Shown here piece by piece: positions 49,600-62,169 of a stretch of DNA of 64,000 nucleotides (its first letter is position 1; the number at the start of each line of letters is the position of its first letter). The translations under genes and the position numbers were made by a program. The notes beneath the pieces were generated by a model. That model saw only the letters and a program-made list of their open reading frames with translations, was not told the DNA's origin and ran no database searches. The stretch is from Anthoceros angustus. Lineage: Eukaryota > Plantae > Anthocerotophyta. The stretch is from assembly GCA_010909165.1 (NCBI GenBank), contig MU008158.1:432581-496580 (forward strand), in the 5' to 3' direction.

Positions 49600-52500
49600 G
49601 GAAGAAGGTAGGGGCGACCACGCCTAACCCGATGGCGTGACCATGGCCCCTACCTCGACCAAACAAGCGTACTCCATATTCGGAGGGAAGAAGGGCGGGA
49701 TGCGGAGACCTTTGTGGAGGACTTCATGTCCAAAGCCAACTTCAGGAGAGGGCGGCCGCGGCTCATCCAGCTTTTCAAGGGGTTCTCAGGGACGGTGCTC
49801 AATGGTATCGGAGAAAATATAGGAGAATGCCCCACTCGTTTGAAGCTTTGAAAATGCCTTCTTAGAGCGGTTTCGAGGATCGACCGGGAGGGTATGTATT
49901 ATCAAAGTTGGAAAATCAGGCGAGGAAGAAGGAGAAAGGCTGGGCTCGTACATCGGTTCTATGCCCCGAGGATCGGCATCCAACCCATACCACGATGCAA
50001 GCGATGCGGTGGTTGGCGGTCTAGCCAAACCCATGGCGAGCACGTCTGCGCTGGCCAGGGCGTGGGCAAGGCGGTCGAGCGGCCGAAAACTACGAGGAAT
50101 CGCTACATCGAGGATAAAGAAATCCGCTCAAGGAGGCAAGAAGAAGAAGAAAGCGGGGTTCGAGACTCAGGAGGAAGAGTCTTGAGGAGGAGGAAGACCA
50201 ATCGGAGGTGTCTTGAGGAGGAGGCGTCGTCCAGAAGAAGAGGCGGAGGTCTCTAGCGAGGAAGAGTAGCAGAAGAAGAGCCCGGCTAAAAGAAGCGGGG
50301 AGAAGGAGGTGGTGACACCGGTCAGAAGCTCCGGACCCGACTCCCTCAAAGGAGGTGGCAGTGCGGGAGGACTGGAAAAAGTGATAAAGAGAGTAGAGGA
50401 CACAGCGATAAACCGAGTTAAGGGAGGCGGCGGAAAACCGACTACGGTGCGACGCATCTACGGTGTCTTGGTGTGCAACACGGCCATTCGAAATCAAGCG
50501 CCTCAAGGGCGGTGCATCAAGTGGACTACGAATACGAGGAGGAGGTGAGGAGCAATGGGAAGAGGCCTATCAGTGCAGAAGCCCCTCAGCGCGATATCCC
50601 AAAACCATGTCGTCAGCGGAGGTCCGTCATAGCAGGCCCCACCGATGCGACGCATGGGAGCCCCGTATCCTCCGTGCGGCCGTGTGCATTGGGCTGCGGG
50701 AATCTGGCCATTACTCCAAGCGTGTCCGTACCCAGGCGGGGTAATGGGGACTTGAGTGGCGGCCTGGCGGTGGGCATATGGCGGCGCTATGTCCCAACCC
50801 CGCAAGGGCAGTGCGATGCCACACCAAGCGGAGAACCCGACCACCGCGCCACCTCCTAAGGCTGCCGTGCAGTCGAAGATGCTCGATTGGCGGAGTGGGA
50901 AGAGATTCCCAGTGCGTGAGATGGAAAGAACAAGAATGCGGTGGGGTGTCGAAGGAAGGGAGTCGGGCGTGGAAATCTTGGAGGTGTCTACTTGGCCGAA
51001 GGAAGGAGGCGGCGAGAAAGGCGCCGATTGAAGAAGAACAAGGCGGAGGCGTCACGGCCGAGGAAAATCAATGGAAATACCAATAGAGGATCCGAATGAA
51101 GGAGGGGGGAAGCTCGGAGGATTACCGAAGGAAGTTCTCCGTGCAGCGGGGAGGGGCGGTGCCTCCGCGGCAGTTTCCACCGGACGTGGTCAGGAGGTGG
51201 CGAGATGTTGCGGAGGAAATGCAAGCATCCAGAATACGAACCAGTGACCGGGAGAGGATGAGGCCGCGGGATCCTCGATTGGGGTAGAAGCCTCTGCCCC
51301 TTTAATGTGGCGGACACGATGAATCGGCCTTGTGTCCTTTCGGCAGTGAGGATAACCGAAATCTGGCAAGAGGTCCGTCGGGCGTTAGGAAACCCAGCCT
51401 CGGCGGAGCACCAAAGCCGGAAGGGTATACGTGGAAGTGAGGTGGTGTCCCACGGACCCAGGCGCCGATGGTACAAGTGGAGATTTGGATGTATCATCAA
51501 GGATCAGGATGGACCGGTCAGTCAACCTCATCAAAACACGGTGGGCTTCACATCCTTGAACCCTCAAAGACTACGAGAATGGCGGACATGTCAAGAAGAG
51601 ATCCGTGAGGGAGTTAACAGTCTTGGCCACCATAGTGGCGCACCCTAGCTGGATTTTGTTGTGATCAAACCGGACCATTAGGGTATGAGGTGTATTCTTT
51701 GGGCCATGGTGGTTGGCCCAGAGCTACACTTTGGAAGGAAGGAGATTCACTTCTTTGGGACCCTAAGGTGCGAGAAGGGAGGTTGCTATCACACGGAGCA
51801 AGGACACCTATTGTGGGAAGCTGAGCACTACCGAGGGTATACCTCGTGGAGGACTCCTGCGCAAGATAGTTCAGGAGGCGTACCCTTTCGCCAAGATCCG
51901 GTCAGGAGGAGATGGACTACCGTGGGATGCCTTTGGCGGAAGTGGTTGATTGTTTTCGAGTGGCCTGGGTGGAGGAAGGAAGTGAAGAGGAGGTCGGACC
52001 GGCTGAGGAGGCAGTCGGACCAAGGAAGCGGACATCGAGAAGATTGATTCACCTCACGAGCTCTTGAGAATGGGGATGCGAGGATCCGAGAGGAGGACGA
52101 GGGGTTTGGGGCAGGCACGAGCAGGAGGCAGTGAACCGGACGGCGTGGAAGAAGTGGAGGTCCGGCCAAATTCACGAAGTTTAAGAAAGGCATGCCTCGG
52201 ACTGAAGGACTAAAGCATTTCTGGGGAGTTTTTTAGGTGTTCGCCTTCAAGGTCACGGACATGAAGGGCATTAGAAGAAGTGGGAGAGCATAAGATCGAT
52301 TTGAAGCCGGAGGCGGTGCCGGTCGAATCCGACAATACAAGCTCAACCCCAAGTATTCGATCAAGGTGAAGGAGGTCCTTGATAAGTAAGTGAGGCGGAC
52401 ATCATTTTCCCCATCGTCAGCAGAGTGGGTCGCGCCGATTGTGGTGGTTCCCAAGAAAGCGGCCAACAAATTCGGGTATGCCAAGATTGGAGGAAGCTCA

Positions 52501-54718
52501 AGCGCATAGAAGGACCACTTCCATGCCATTCGTGAGCGACATTTTGGACAAGGTGGTGGACGGACTACTTACTCCTTCGGATGGCTACTCGGATATAACC
52601 AATTGCACCTAAGGGTGATGGGGACAAGGCGACCTTCACTACTGAGTGGTGCGTTTGCCTACAAGAGAAGTGCCTTTGGGATGGCCAGCGCCGGTCGTCA
52701 TGCGTATGGTGACTTACTTCGAGGGACTTCATGGAGATATTCTGGATGATTTTGTGTGCATGGGGCGGGACAAACACATCTAAGAAGGTGCTTGGAGGCT
52801 GGAGACTCAATTGAGCCTACACCCGAGAAATGCTACTTTGGAATGACGGAGGGAATCTTGGGACATCGGGTGTCGGCGGGGGAATCGAGGTGGACGGGAC
52901 AAGGTCCGGGTCATCCGATCTCCGCCACCACGAACCTAAAGGAGGCGAGAGGTTTCACAGGAATGGTGGGATACTACCGCGGTTTATTAAGGACTTTCGA
53001 AGGCGGCTAAGTTGCGGAACTCTGCGGAAGGAGGAGGTTTGGACACAGTCACGGGAGGCGAGAGGAGGCCTTTGATTCTGAACACCTTGGTAAGCGTTCT
53101 AAGAGGACGGATGGGCAGAAATTTCATGTGTATGTAGATGTGTCCGCTTTTTTGCTATCGGGTCTTGAGCGGAAGGGGCGACAAGCGAAGGGATTATCCG
53201 TATACTACTGACGGCTCACACGCGGGCGAAAATACACAACTACAGGCCGAAGCCTTGGGTATGGTATATCTTTGTCAAGAAATTCGACACTACCTACTAC
53301 CGGTGAGTTTGTGTTCTATGTAGACCACTTTCTTAGCATCGGTGAATAAAGGCGGACTGTCCGGACGGATGAAGGTGGATATTGTTGCTGCGAGGAGTTC
53401 ACGTTGAGTGGAAACAAGACAAGGGAGGCGGCACCAAAATCAGATTTCTGTCACGATTGAAAAGCAGGCGGTGTTGAGAGATCGGGAAGATGCGTTCCGG
53501 AGACATTGGTTGCCGATGAAAGTACAACCGGAGGAGCCCGGCCGAACCCCAAGCTACGAGCGGCCTTAGCGAGCGGAGAAGGGAGGGCCGCGTCGTCACC
53601 TCGAAGAAATAGTACCTCGGGAATGGAGCTTCCGAAAATCGACTCGTGGACGGAGGAGGCATTCGTGCACTATGCTCGACCCTTGAGAATGTACAACGGT
53701 GTGTGTTCAAATTAGGGCGGACGGAGTAGAGCGAAGGTACTGCGGCGAGAGCAGGCGGTCGTCGAGGGAATGCCACGAAGGATTGGGGTGGACACTACGC
53801 GGGGTCACCACCAAAAGATTTTAGGCGGGATCTTGGTGGCCAACAATGTATGGGGACACCCACCGGTTTGTGAAGAAGTGTGATGCTTGTCGGCGGATCG
53901 GAAAGCCAACCCGACGACACGGTGGCGCTAGTACCGATATTGGCGCACCTTTCGAAAAGTGGGGTATTGACTTTGTTGGACCTATCTGACCCTCGACAAG
54001 ACACACAAAGGAGATACATCACGGTGGCAGCGGACTCACGGTGGGTGGCGGTGGCGGCGAGCGGACTCCGCAAATGTGGCCAAATTCTGTCGAGAACATC
54101 ATAACCGATGCGGATGTCCGCGGTTGGTAAGTGATAGGGGAACCCATTTCCTTAATGATGTGGTGGCCGCCATGGCGGAGTATTTCGCATCAATCATCGT
54201 GAGGCACCCTACAATCCTAAGGCCAATGGGGCAGAGAAGACAAATGGGCTCATCTGCGGGATCTGAATAAACTCACGATGAACTACGCCCATGAGGATAC
54301 CAAGGCGCCATCCGCCTTGTGGGCGTTCGGAGAAGGTGACCACAACGGACCTGCTTCTTGACCTCGGACACTCTCCGTAATGCCGGTGGGGTTTGAAGTG
54401 CCCACTTTTCGAGTAATGATGGAAGGGGCGGAGAGGAAAGCCACTCGGCGACTCTTGGGGTTTGTTCGGCACGGGAGGGGGAAGCTCGGTGAGAGATTGG
54501 TGCAAAACCGGTGAAGATTTGGCGATCGCGGAATCGGGAGTATGTAAAGGAAGGGACTGGCCCTCCTTTATGATAGTCGTTACATGCATTTTCGAGGCAA
54601 ACTTCACGAGATGGATGGGTCCGTACCAAGTGGTGCAAGTATATGACAGCAGGTCCGTCCATTCCACTAGATGGAGGCTGTTGCCCACTGGGTGGCGGGT
54701 GAAGAAGTATCATGCTTA
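49600..54718 (+). pseudogene. gag-pol of the Gypsy element (multiple frameshifts)
   Basis: gag, RT, RNase H and integrase motifs are spread over many short frames and end ..RVKKYHA* at ~54718. Confidence 0.8.
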
Positions 54719-54741
54719 GTGTTGGCGGAGGCGTAGCGAGA

Positions 54742-54754
54742 TGAGAAGGGAGTA
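54742..54754 (+). promoter_or_regulatory. Polypurine tract
   Basis: gagaagggagta lies immediately before the TG of the 3' LTR. Confidence 0.7.
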
Positions 54755-57436
54755 TGTGGGCTATGCACTTCCCTGGGAGTTAGGAAATAAACGAGGGTTT
54801 TGTTTTTTGGATTGAAGGATAAATAGGAGGGTTAGAGGCCAGAGGGCCAAGAGGGTGAGACTCGGGACCTCACCACTCGGGACTGAGGTCAGTGGATCCG
54901 GAGAACCCAGTCGGGACTTACTCGGGGTGCGGTATGGAGGTCCTTGGTGGACCCGAAATGCCCGGCTCCCACTACGGACTTTGTGGGGGCCTCACCGTGA
55001 TGGCCGTGGAAGAAACACGGCGAGTCACAGCTACCGTCATGGGCCAGATGCTTTGGGGTCTCAGTGCAAGAGAGAAGACCCGGAGGTGGAGCCACCGGAG
55101 GAGGATGGTGGAACTCAAGAGCAAGTGAGGCGGCCCGGAGGGAAGGAAAAGGAGTCCCTCGGATCGAGGAAGGAAGGTGGCGGGCAGAGCCAGGTTGGCG
55201 GGCCGGGCCAAGGTTCTTGTTGTCTGAAAGTGAAACAAGCTTCGAGAGGCCCAGCGAGGCGGAGGACCTTGCGGCGAAGAGCGCGGGAGGCGGAAGGCCG
55301 GGCACAAGCGAGAGAGCTCGGGACTGGCGGGCCGGCTAAGCGCCAAATGGGCGAGCCCGGATAAAGCGGCGAAGGGTGAGCCCAGAAGCGGCAGGATCAC
55401 TCTGGCGTGGATCGGGCCGGTGGAGAGAGAGTGACGTAGGAGGCTAACTCGAAGGCGCGGCTATGGAGGCGAGCAAGGCGGCCTCGGGAGATAGAGGATC
55501 TCAGAAATGCAGTGCGAGGAGGTAGAAGGGAGGCGGCGGATGGAGGGCAGCAGGACCTTTGGAGCTACAACTCAAGATCGTCGGAGGCGGTGATTCTCAG
55601 CGAGAGAATCCACGACCTCGAGCCGAAGCAGTGCCTCGGCTCCGTCAGAGGCGGAGGAAAATCGGCGACTATCGAGGTTGGGCGTTGCGAGCTGAAGGCT
55701 GGAGGAAGTCCGGTCGGAGGTATCGACCGCTGGAGAGGAGGTAGGCGAGAATGAGCGGAGGCGCAGCTGGGCGAAAAAGAAGGCTGGTCCGGTGAGAAAG
55801 GCGGAAGGAGCAGCTGCGCTATGGCGGAGGTGGCGATGGAAGGAAGCAGCAGGCTGGGCGGTGAACAGCAGCGGTGAGGTGAGAGGCCGCCCTGTAGCCT
55901 CGCGTGTCTGACCCGGCGGTATCCGTCTGGCGGAGAGGTGGCCCAACAAGCCGGCGGCCGCCCGGCTCCGGAACACTTATGGCGGAGGGAGTATCGGGTG
56001 CTCGGGCACCGTGGAAGAGCAATTCAACAAGTCGATTCGGACTTTGCCTATTACCAGCCCGAACTCTGAAGGCGGTGAAACCTCGGCGGGCGGAAGGACC
56101 CTGGAAGGCTCGAAGGAGATGAAGGCCGAGGGCACGGGGACCCTAGTGGCCTGTTTGGAGATAGCGGAGGCGGAGGAGCCGGAGGCGAGCGAGGGGCGGA
56201 TGCGGCAGTAAGGCACCCGCACCTCACCATGGAAGGAGGGCGAAGGAGTCCCGAGGCGATCGGAGCAATGGGAGGACTTGAGGAGAGCCACGGAGGTCCG
56301 TGAGGAGAGCCGGGTGGGCGTGAGTCCGGACTTTGTCGGACCCGGAGGAGGCGGACCACAGTCGGACCTCGGTATCGGACCACGAAGTCGGACCTCAGGT
56401 CCGGACCACAGTCAGGACCCGAGTCCGGACCAGTGGGACCCGGGACCGAGGTCGGACCCGGAGGTCGGACCTGGCCGGCGGACCCGGAAATAAGCGGACT
56501 CACAGTTGAGTCGAGGCAGACCTCGAGGGCCGGCTGCAGTGGAGCCCCGACTTCGCTAGCCGATGGTGGCCGTGAAGGACCCGAGGGAGGGGCGAGGAGG
56601 ATGGCGTCGTGGTAGCGGTTGTCGGACCGCCCGGTATTAACGGAGGATTCGGGGAGAGGAGGGTCCCGCCTCACGGATCATCGATTGGGCCACCTGGTCG
56701 GGGACGAGTTGGACCACCATTCAGCGGGGCCAGGACCTTCCATTACAGTCGTGAAGGAGATAGGGGATAGTGGTGGGCGGCGATTAGGGTATACGAGTGG
56801 CTATTTCGAGAATAGGGGTGTAATAAAGGCGCCACCTTGGGCGCATATAAGAGTGCTCTAGTAAAGCATCTTTCTCTTGGTGTTGATCTGCGTTCTTGCG
56901 GACCTTTGTGAGTCTTCTTGCTAGCGTGAGTCTGAGTCATGGCGAGCCGCAGCTCGGGAGATTGATCAAGGTCTGGTGGCCGGACTTAAGCGTTGTGTGT
57001 GTGCGGGGAAGGGTGGCGGTGATCCGTGCTCGTCCGGCAGCGGTCAGGCGAGGCAATTTGGAGCGTGGCCGGAGGAACTCCGGGAGGGTGTAGGCCGGAC
57101 GGAGAGGCCCGGCGGAGCAGCGGAGGAGGTCGGGGCTGCGTAACCAGCGTCTTTTCTAAGGCCGAAGAGTGTAGCGTGAGAGGAGAGGAAAGGGGATCGT
57201 GAAGGATGTATGTGAGGCAATCTGGACAGCGAGCAGGTCCCTAAGCGTTTAGCCATACCGGGCTGTCACGGTTGCGTTGTGAGTAGTTAGGAGTATGTGT
57301 GTGTCTTGAGGCGAGCAGGCGCTAAGGGGCGGTAAGAATCACGAAGCGGGCCTATCATTCCCTTGGGAGCGGACTTCTTTCCTAGCGACACACGGGATTA
57401 TCGCGGCGCTTGGTAGCCATCGACAAAGTCCGCCAC
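54755..57436 (+). repeat. 3' LTR
   Basis: Starts TGtgggctatg and ends aaagtccgccac. Colinear with the 5' LTR, including the internal GTCCGGACC/GTCGGACC array. Confidence 0.88.
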
Positions 57437-58084
57437 CTGCAGTACATAAAAGCTATGGTTTCCACTTATTGTAGGCGCTCTGTATTCCCCACGCTCTTAG
57501 TGCCGTGTATAATTAGGAAACTGACCGGTTTGCAGTGTGATGCGAATGCCGTACGTGGATGCGTTATTTTTTCCCTACATGCTGTATGTCCATTCATTCT
57601 CATTATATGGCATTTCGCGGCGTGCACATATCTAAACACCATTCGTTACCACACAAAAGAAAGGCGGCGCTCCTTCATACGTACATGCGGGTGATTTAGC
57701 GTAAAACAATTCACTTCTCAATATCTGCGACACGATGCACACATTGTGCAAAAACGAAGGCCTTGTATTTTGCGACTACACCGGGGCATATGAAGTACTT
57801 GCGTTTTGCAACCACGTTGCTTGCTCGACATGGCACCCTCTCGGTGGAGTGTATGAAGCATGTTATGCCATTATTGATTTTGGTTTTCAAAAGACTCATA
57901 CGATATGTGCATTCGTTAAGAAGCGGAACTACATTCAACCGCATGAGGCGGAACGTCGCATAGACCCCCGGATTTGCTTCTCCTTTATGCGGTCCGCGAT
58001 ATCCATCCTTGCCCAATTTCACGACCCTTTCGCATGACATGGATAACAATGTCCACTATGGTGCACATGCAAATTTGTGAACGC

Positions 58085-59015
58085 AAATGGATATGTGAGT
58101 TTTGAAAATGAGTCCGACACATGGCATTGTATCATTCCGAATCAGCCAATTGTGCAATGGGCAATTGCAGTAGTGTGTGTGTTTCCCTAAGCACGGCTTA
58201 TGGGTCCATTGGTGTCATTCCTCGCTCCTTCCCCAATACCTCCCGCACTCCAAAATGCGCGTTGCTCGATCCTACATCCTCCTGAAAACAAATGGATATG
58301 TGAGTTTTAAAATGAGTCGTACTTGGCATTGTATCATACCGGCTTGTCCCAACCATTGGTGCATGCGGCAAATGCAATGGCGCATCGTGTTCGCAACATG
58401 CATTGCATTGTCGGATGTTTCACCCTGCAGACCCGATTTCGTAGCCAAATGCCAAAAGCGGTTTTGTGCCATTGCATCAGGCATTTGCTTTGTGCTAATT
58501 GGTGCGAACCCAATGTAGGACTCCCGCAACTTTGTGCATTGGGATATCATCGACAAAAAAGAGTGGGGCCACTACAATGGCCCCACTCTCCATCAAGGGT
58601 GACAGAGGCGACCAGCTATCCACAACCAGCAGTACACTGCAAGCCTATGTAACACGAACCTTTTCTATCCCAAAGACCATGGGTACGAGGTGAAGATCAA
58701 GAGTTCACTAGGGTAGTCACAGTACCTTCAATGCAGCAATCACCATGTCCATCTGTCGGTATGCTGAACCCAAGGCCCGGAGATAAATAGACAGTTGATG
58801 CGAACCCAATATAGCACTCCCGCAACTTTGTGCATTGAGGTATCATCGACATACAGAGGTGAATTGGTGCGAACCGATTTTAGGACTCCGCAACTTTGTG
58901 CATCAGTTGTCGGCGACACACAATCGGCCACTACCATGGCCCCACTCTCTAGTGTAGGTCAAAGAGACGCACCAGTGTCCCACAACCAGCACTGCGTAAG
59001 CCTATGCAACAGAAC
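58085..59015. repeat. Local direct repeats with an 11-bp-arm hairpin
   Basis: aaatggatatgtgagtttt.aaaatgagtc at ~58085 and ~58290. tgcgaacc..actcccgcaactttgtgcat at ~58503, 58799 and 58868. GAGTGGGGCCA-ctacaa-TGGCCCCACTC at 58561-58588. Confidence 0.8.
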
Positions 59016-59939
59016 CCCGTCGCGCATGTGGCCGCATACCTCCCACCCGTTCCACCGAGATTCCTTTGCATGGAGTAGCGAAAGTCGTCATTGGCCATTG
59101 GTAGGGAGGACAGCAAAGTTCTGGCGTTAGGCAAGGAACAAGCTCAAATGGAGGCACTAATCTCCTCGCGACAGTGAAATTAGAGTGGGCTCCCACTTGG
59201 CTCTGCGGTTCCAGAGGTCACTAGAGAGAAATGAGACATACACTAGGGACGGCTGCCTTTCCATTCATACAAACATCCACAAACCAAGAATCCACTCTGG
59301 GTGCCCATATATAGGCAAAACCCTCGGGACCTCTTCCCGACGTCCTCTCCTCGCTCCCTTTGGTAGGCACTTAAGGTTTATTTATAATCCTACTTTCCTT
59401 GCGTTGAATAAGCAATGATGTTTATGCTCAACGACTTATTCGCCCTTTTCCTTGAGTTACGATTTTTAGGTATTTTCGATATAAATCCGCGCCTATATAT
59501 GCAGCATACCACGTGCCTTACATACATAACCATGTACATACATTACATGCGACACATCATCCATCAACATGTCCACATTCATCAAATGCCATCCATCCGC
59601 CATGCATACATGGACACAAGGTGAATAACAAGATTTGACTAGGGTAGGCAGTAGCTTCAATCGACAATCGATTTCCATCGGTATGCTAAACCCAATACCC
59701 GGATAAAATCAAGTATAATGAATGAGCTTGTTCTAAAAGCAGCCGACATTTCCCAAAGGCGATGCAAACAAGCTTGGAAACACCTCACCTGAAACGAGCA
59801 CTTGGTAGCATACGATATCGAACGCGCGCATATCTCATGTAATTGGAGGATGGAATACGAGTTTGTGTCAACCAGCGTGTTAAGGAGATTGCATCGACTC
59901 CAAAGCATGAGAAATAAAGATCAACATATTACTTGCGAG

Positions 59940-60315
59940 TGAAGGGGAGTGGAGGGAGGGGTTGCGCTTCTTTGTAGGGTTGTGTGAGCGGGTCTGGCAG
60001 CGGGGCGCCTTAAATGTATGTGTGCCGAGGTGGGGGTATAGGGAGGGTGTGTGGCAGGGTGAGGGGTCAGTCGGATGGTGGGTTTAGGAAAGGCGCGGGT
60101 GTGTTGGGAGGGAGGGTGGGGCGGGAGTGCGGTGGGGGCGGGAGGCGGTGGGTAGGCGCGGGGTGGGGACATGGGGCGAATAAAGGTGGGGTGGAAAGGA
60201 AGGGGAGGAGAGGGGTTGTAGGCAGGATGAGAGGAACGTGGAGGGTGGGGGGGGGGGTGGGAGAGGGACGGTATGAGGGTGAATGGCGATGGAGTGTGGC
60301 GGGGGGTGGGGTGTG
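59940..60315 (+). repeat. Strand-biased G-rich low-complexity tract (potential G-quadruplex array)
   Basis: Many GGG+ runs, e.g. gggagggagggtggggcggg and gagggtgggggggggggtggg. Confidence 0.8.
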
Positions 60316-62169
60316 TGCAACAATATAACATTTCCACGATGTGAAGGGTCGACGCAATTTAATACCTTTGAAAGCGGGCTGTGCAGCCCAAACGAAGACT
60401 GCGGTTATCACGGTCTGCACGTCGTCGGGCGAAGGTCGTGGCGGCTAAAGCTGCGGCCATGTTCCACGGCGACGCTGCGGCCGCAATGCATCTACAAAGT
60501 GGCTGCGATTTCCTGCATTGCGGCTATCACGCGACCGCCGGTACATTGCATTGTGCGGCCCGCTATGTCTCGCAAATCTCTGCCATGTACATGCAGGCGC
60601 CGATGGCTTTGGCAAGGCACGGTCGGCCACGTGCGGCTCTCACGGTGGTGGCGTTCGGTTGAAGGTGTGTCATTTTTAAACGCACGCTCAAGGCAATGTG
60701 GATGCAATAACCCACCGGGCGCACTGCAGACGATGCGTGTTTGAGGCGAATCCATGGGTTTTAACGATATTACTCGGCATCATGGCTGCGTGTCCTCGGA
60801 AGGAGGCATCATCGCTACCGCCAAAGGGTAATGGCGTAGTTGGGGACCCATGCGCGAAACAAATGGTAGCCCAATTCTAACAGTGCAATTGCGGATTAGG
60901 CGGGAAGAGAAGGGCCTTGCATCTTAGCAACAAGTTGTGGCTCGGTGTCTGCTTGGCGTGACGCTCTTGCATACACCCTAAGGGCGATTCATGCGAGGTT
61001 GCAATTGCCGCATATTCCATGGCGTGGAACTCTTTTCACAGTGCAATAGTGCGGCTCGTGTGGTGCGATTCAGCCATTTTCAAGCATCTGGTGCGGTCAC
61101 TTGGGCGGTGGGCGTTAGCGGCCGGAAAACAGCGCCATTAGCGTACATCGCGAGACCGCCGACACCGATCCGCGCCCATCAAGGAGATGGCGCGCTTACA
61201 AGCTCCTCCGGACACCCATGACAGATCACGGTATCAGCAGCGAAGCATATGCGATCTCCGCGGGCATACGACCCGCATTCTGTCCTACGCATGCGATCGT
61301 GCTGCGGACAACGCCGGCGGCCGTCGGTGCGTCTGCCGAGATGCAAGGGCGGTCTGGCAGCGTCCACGGGAATGGGGTCGAGTCGATACACAATGTCCAT
61401 CGGTGACACGAACGGCCGTCGGCCGCAATTATCGGATCCGCCGGGAGGTTCAACGTGGCCGTCCCGGCGCCGTCTGCGTATCTTGGGGAGGTGGCGAGTG
61501 CACCGCCGAGGGCATAGGTACCGCGAGCGGGCGGCATGGGGGCCGGGCGGCGGTGCAGCAGCGGTGGGGGGCGATCCCATTCACGCGCGGAATCACGGAT
61601 GCAGCGGCCCGCAAAGAGGCGGAGGAGGCTGGCGGGCAGGGCAGCTTGAGCGGTCGGTGGCGCAACAAGCTCTGCGGATACAAATTCCACTCGACAAAGA
61701 ATACTCCAGTGGGCCGGCGTCGAGAGGTGGCCAAGTTGTGTTCATGTCTGCGCTCGATTGCACACAAGTGGAAGTTTCCGTGCCGGTGAGCATGCCGGTA
61801 GCAACGCGTACCAACACAGATTCGCGAAGGAAGGCGTGGCGCGACCATCGTCGGCGCGGTGCGGCCTCGATCTCGGTAGGCACTGCGCCCGGTGCCGTTT
61901 CGGATGCCACGGTTGCATCGCACAAGGCGGTGTGTCAGTGATATCGGTCGTCTTCCCTCCAAGGCGACCTGAGCGTCGCGGGCGGACGGTGATGCGAATG
62001 TTGTATGGGATGTGCATGCGCAGTTCACGCCGCGCTGGGCGATCGGAGCGAGCGGCGGCGGTCATCGAGGTGTTGGCGCGGAAGGTGATCAAGACATGGA
62101 GGTGGCAACCGAGGGGTTACCGCGGACGCCGCGGGGAGGTGGAGGGTCGCGGAGGGAGAGTTCAAGGCG

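Larger units (their letters stand above)
46779..57436 (+). mobile_element. Full-length Ty3/Gypsy LTR retrotransposon (non-chromovirus, tRNA-Asp primed), frameshifted in this assembly
   Basis: Two ~2.6-kb direct LTRs, a PBS and a PPT. The internal region has a gag CCHC knuckle (~50685-50730), RT (FMEIFLDDF ~52730), RNase H (FHVYVD; ALGMVY..RHYLL) and integrase (HEG..GGHYAG, KKCDAC, FEKWGIDFVGP, LVSDRGTHFLN, GPY). The RT-RH-IN order is the Gypsy order. Confidence 0.93.
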
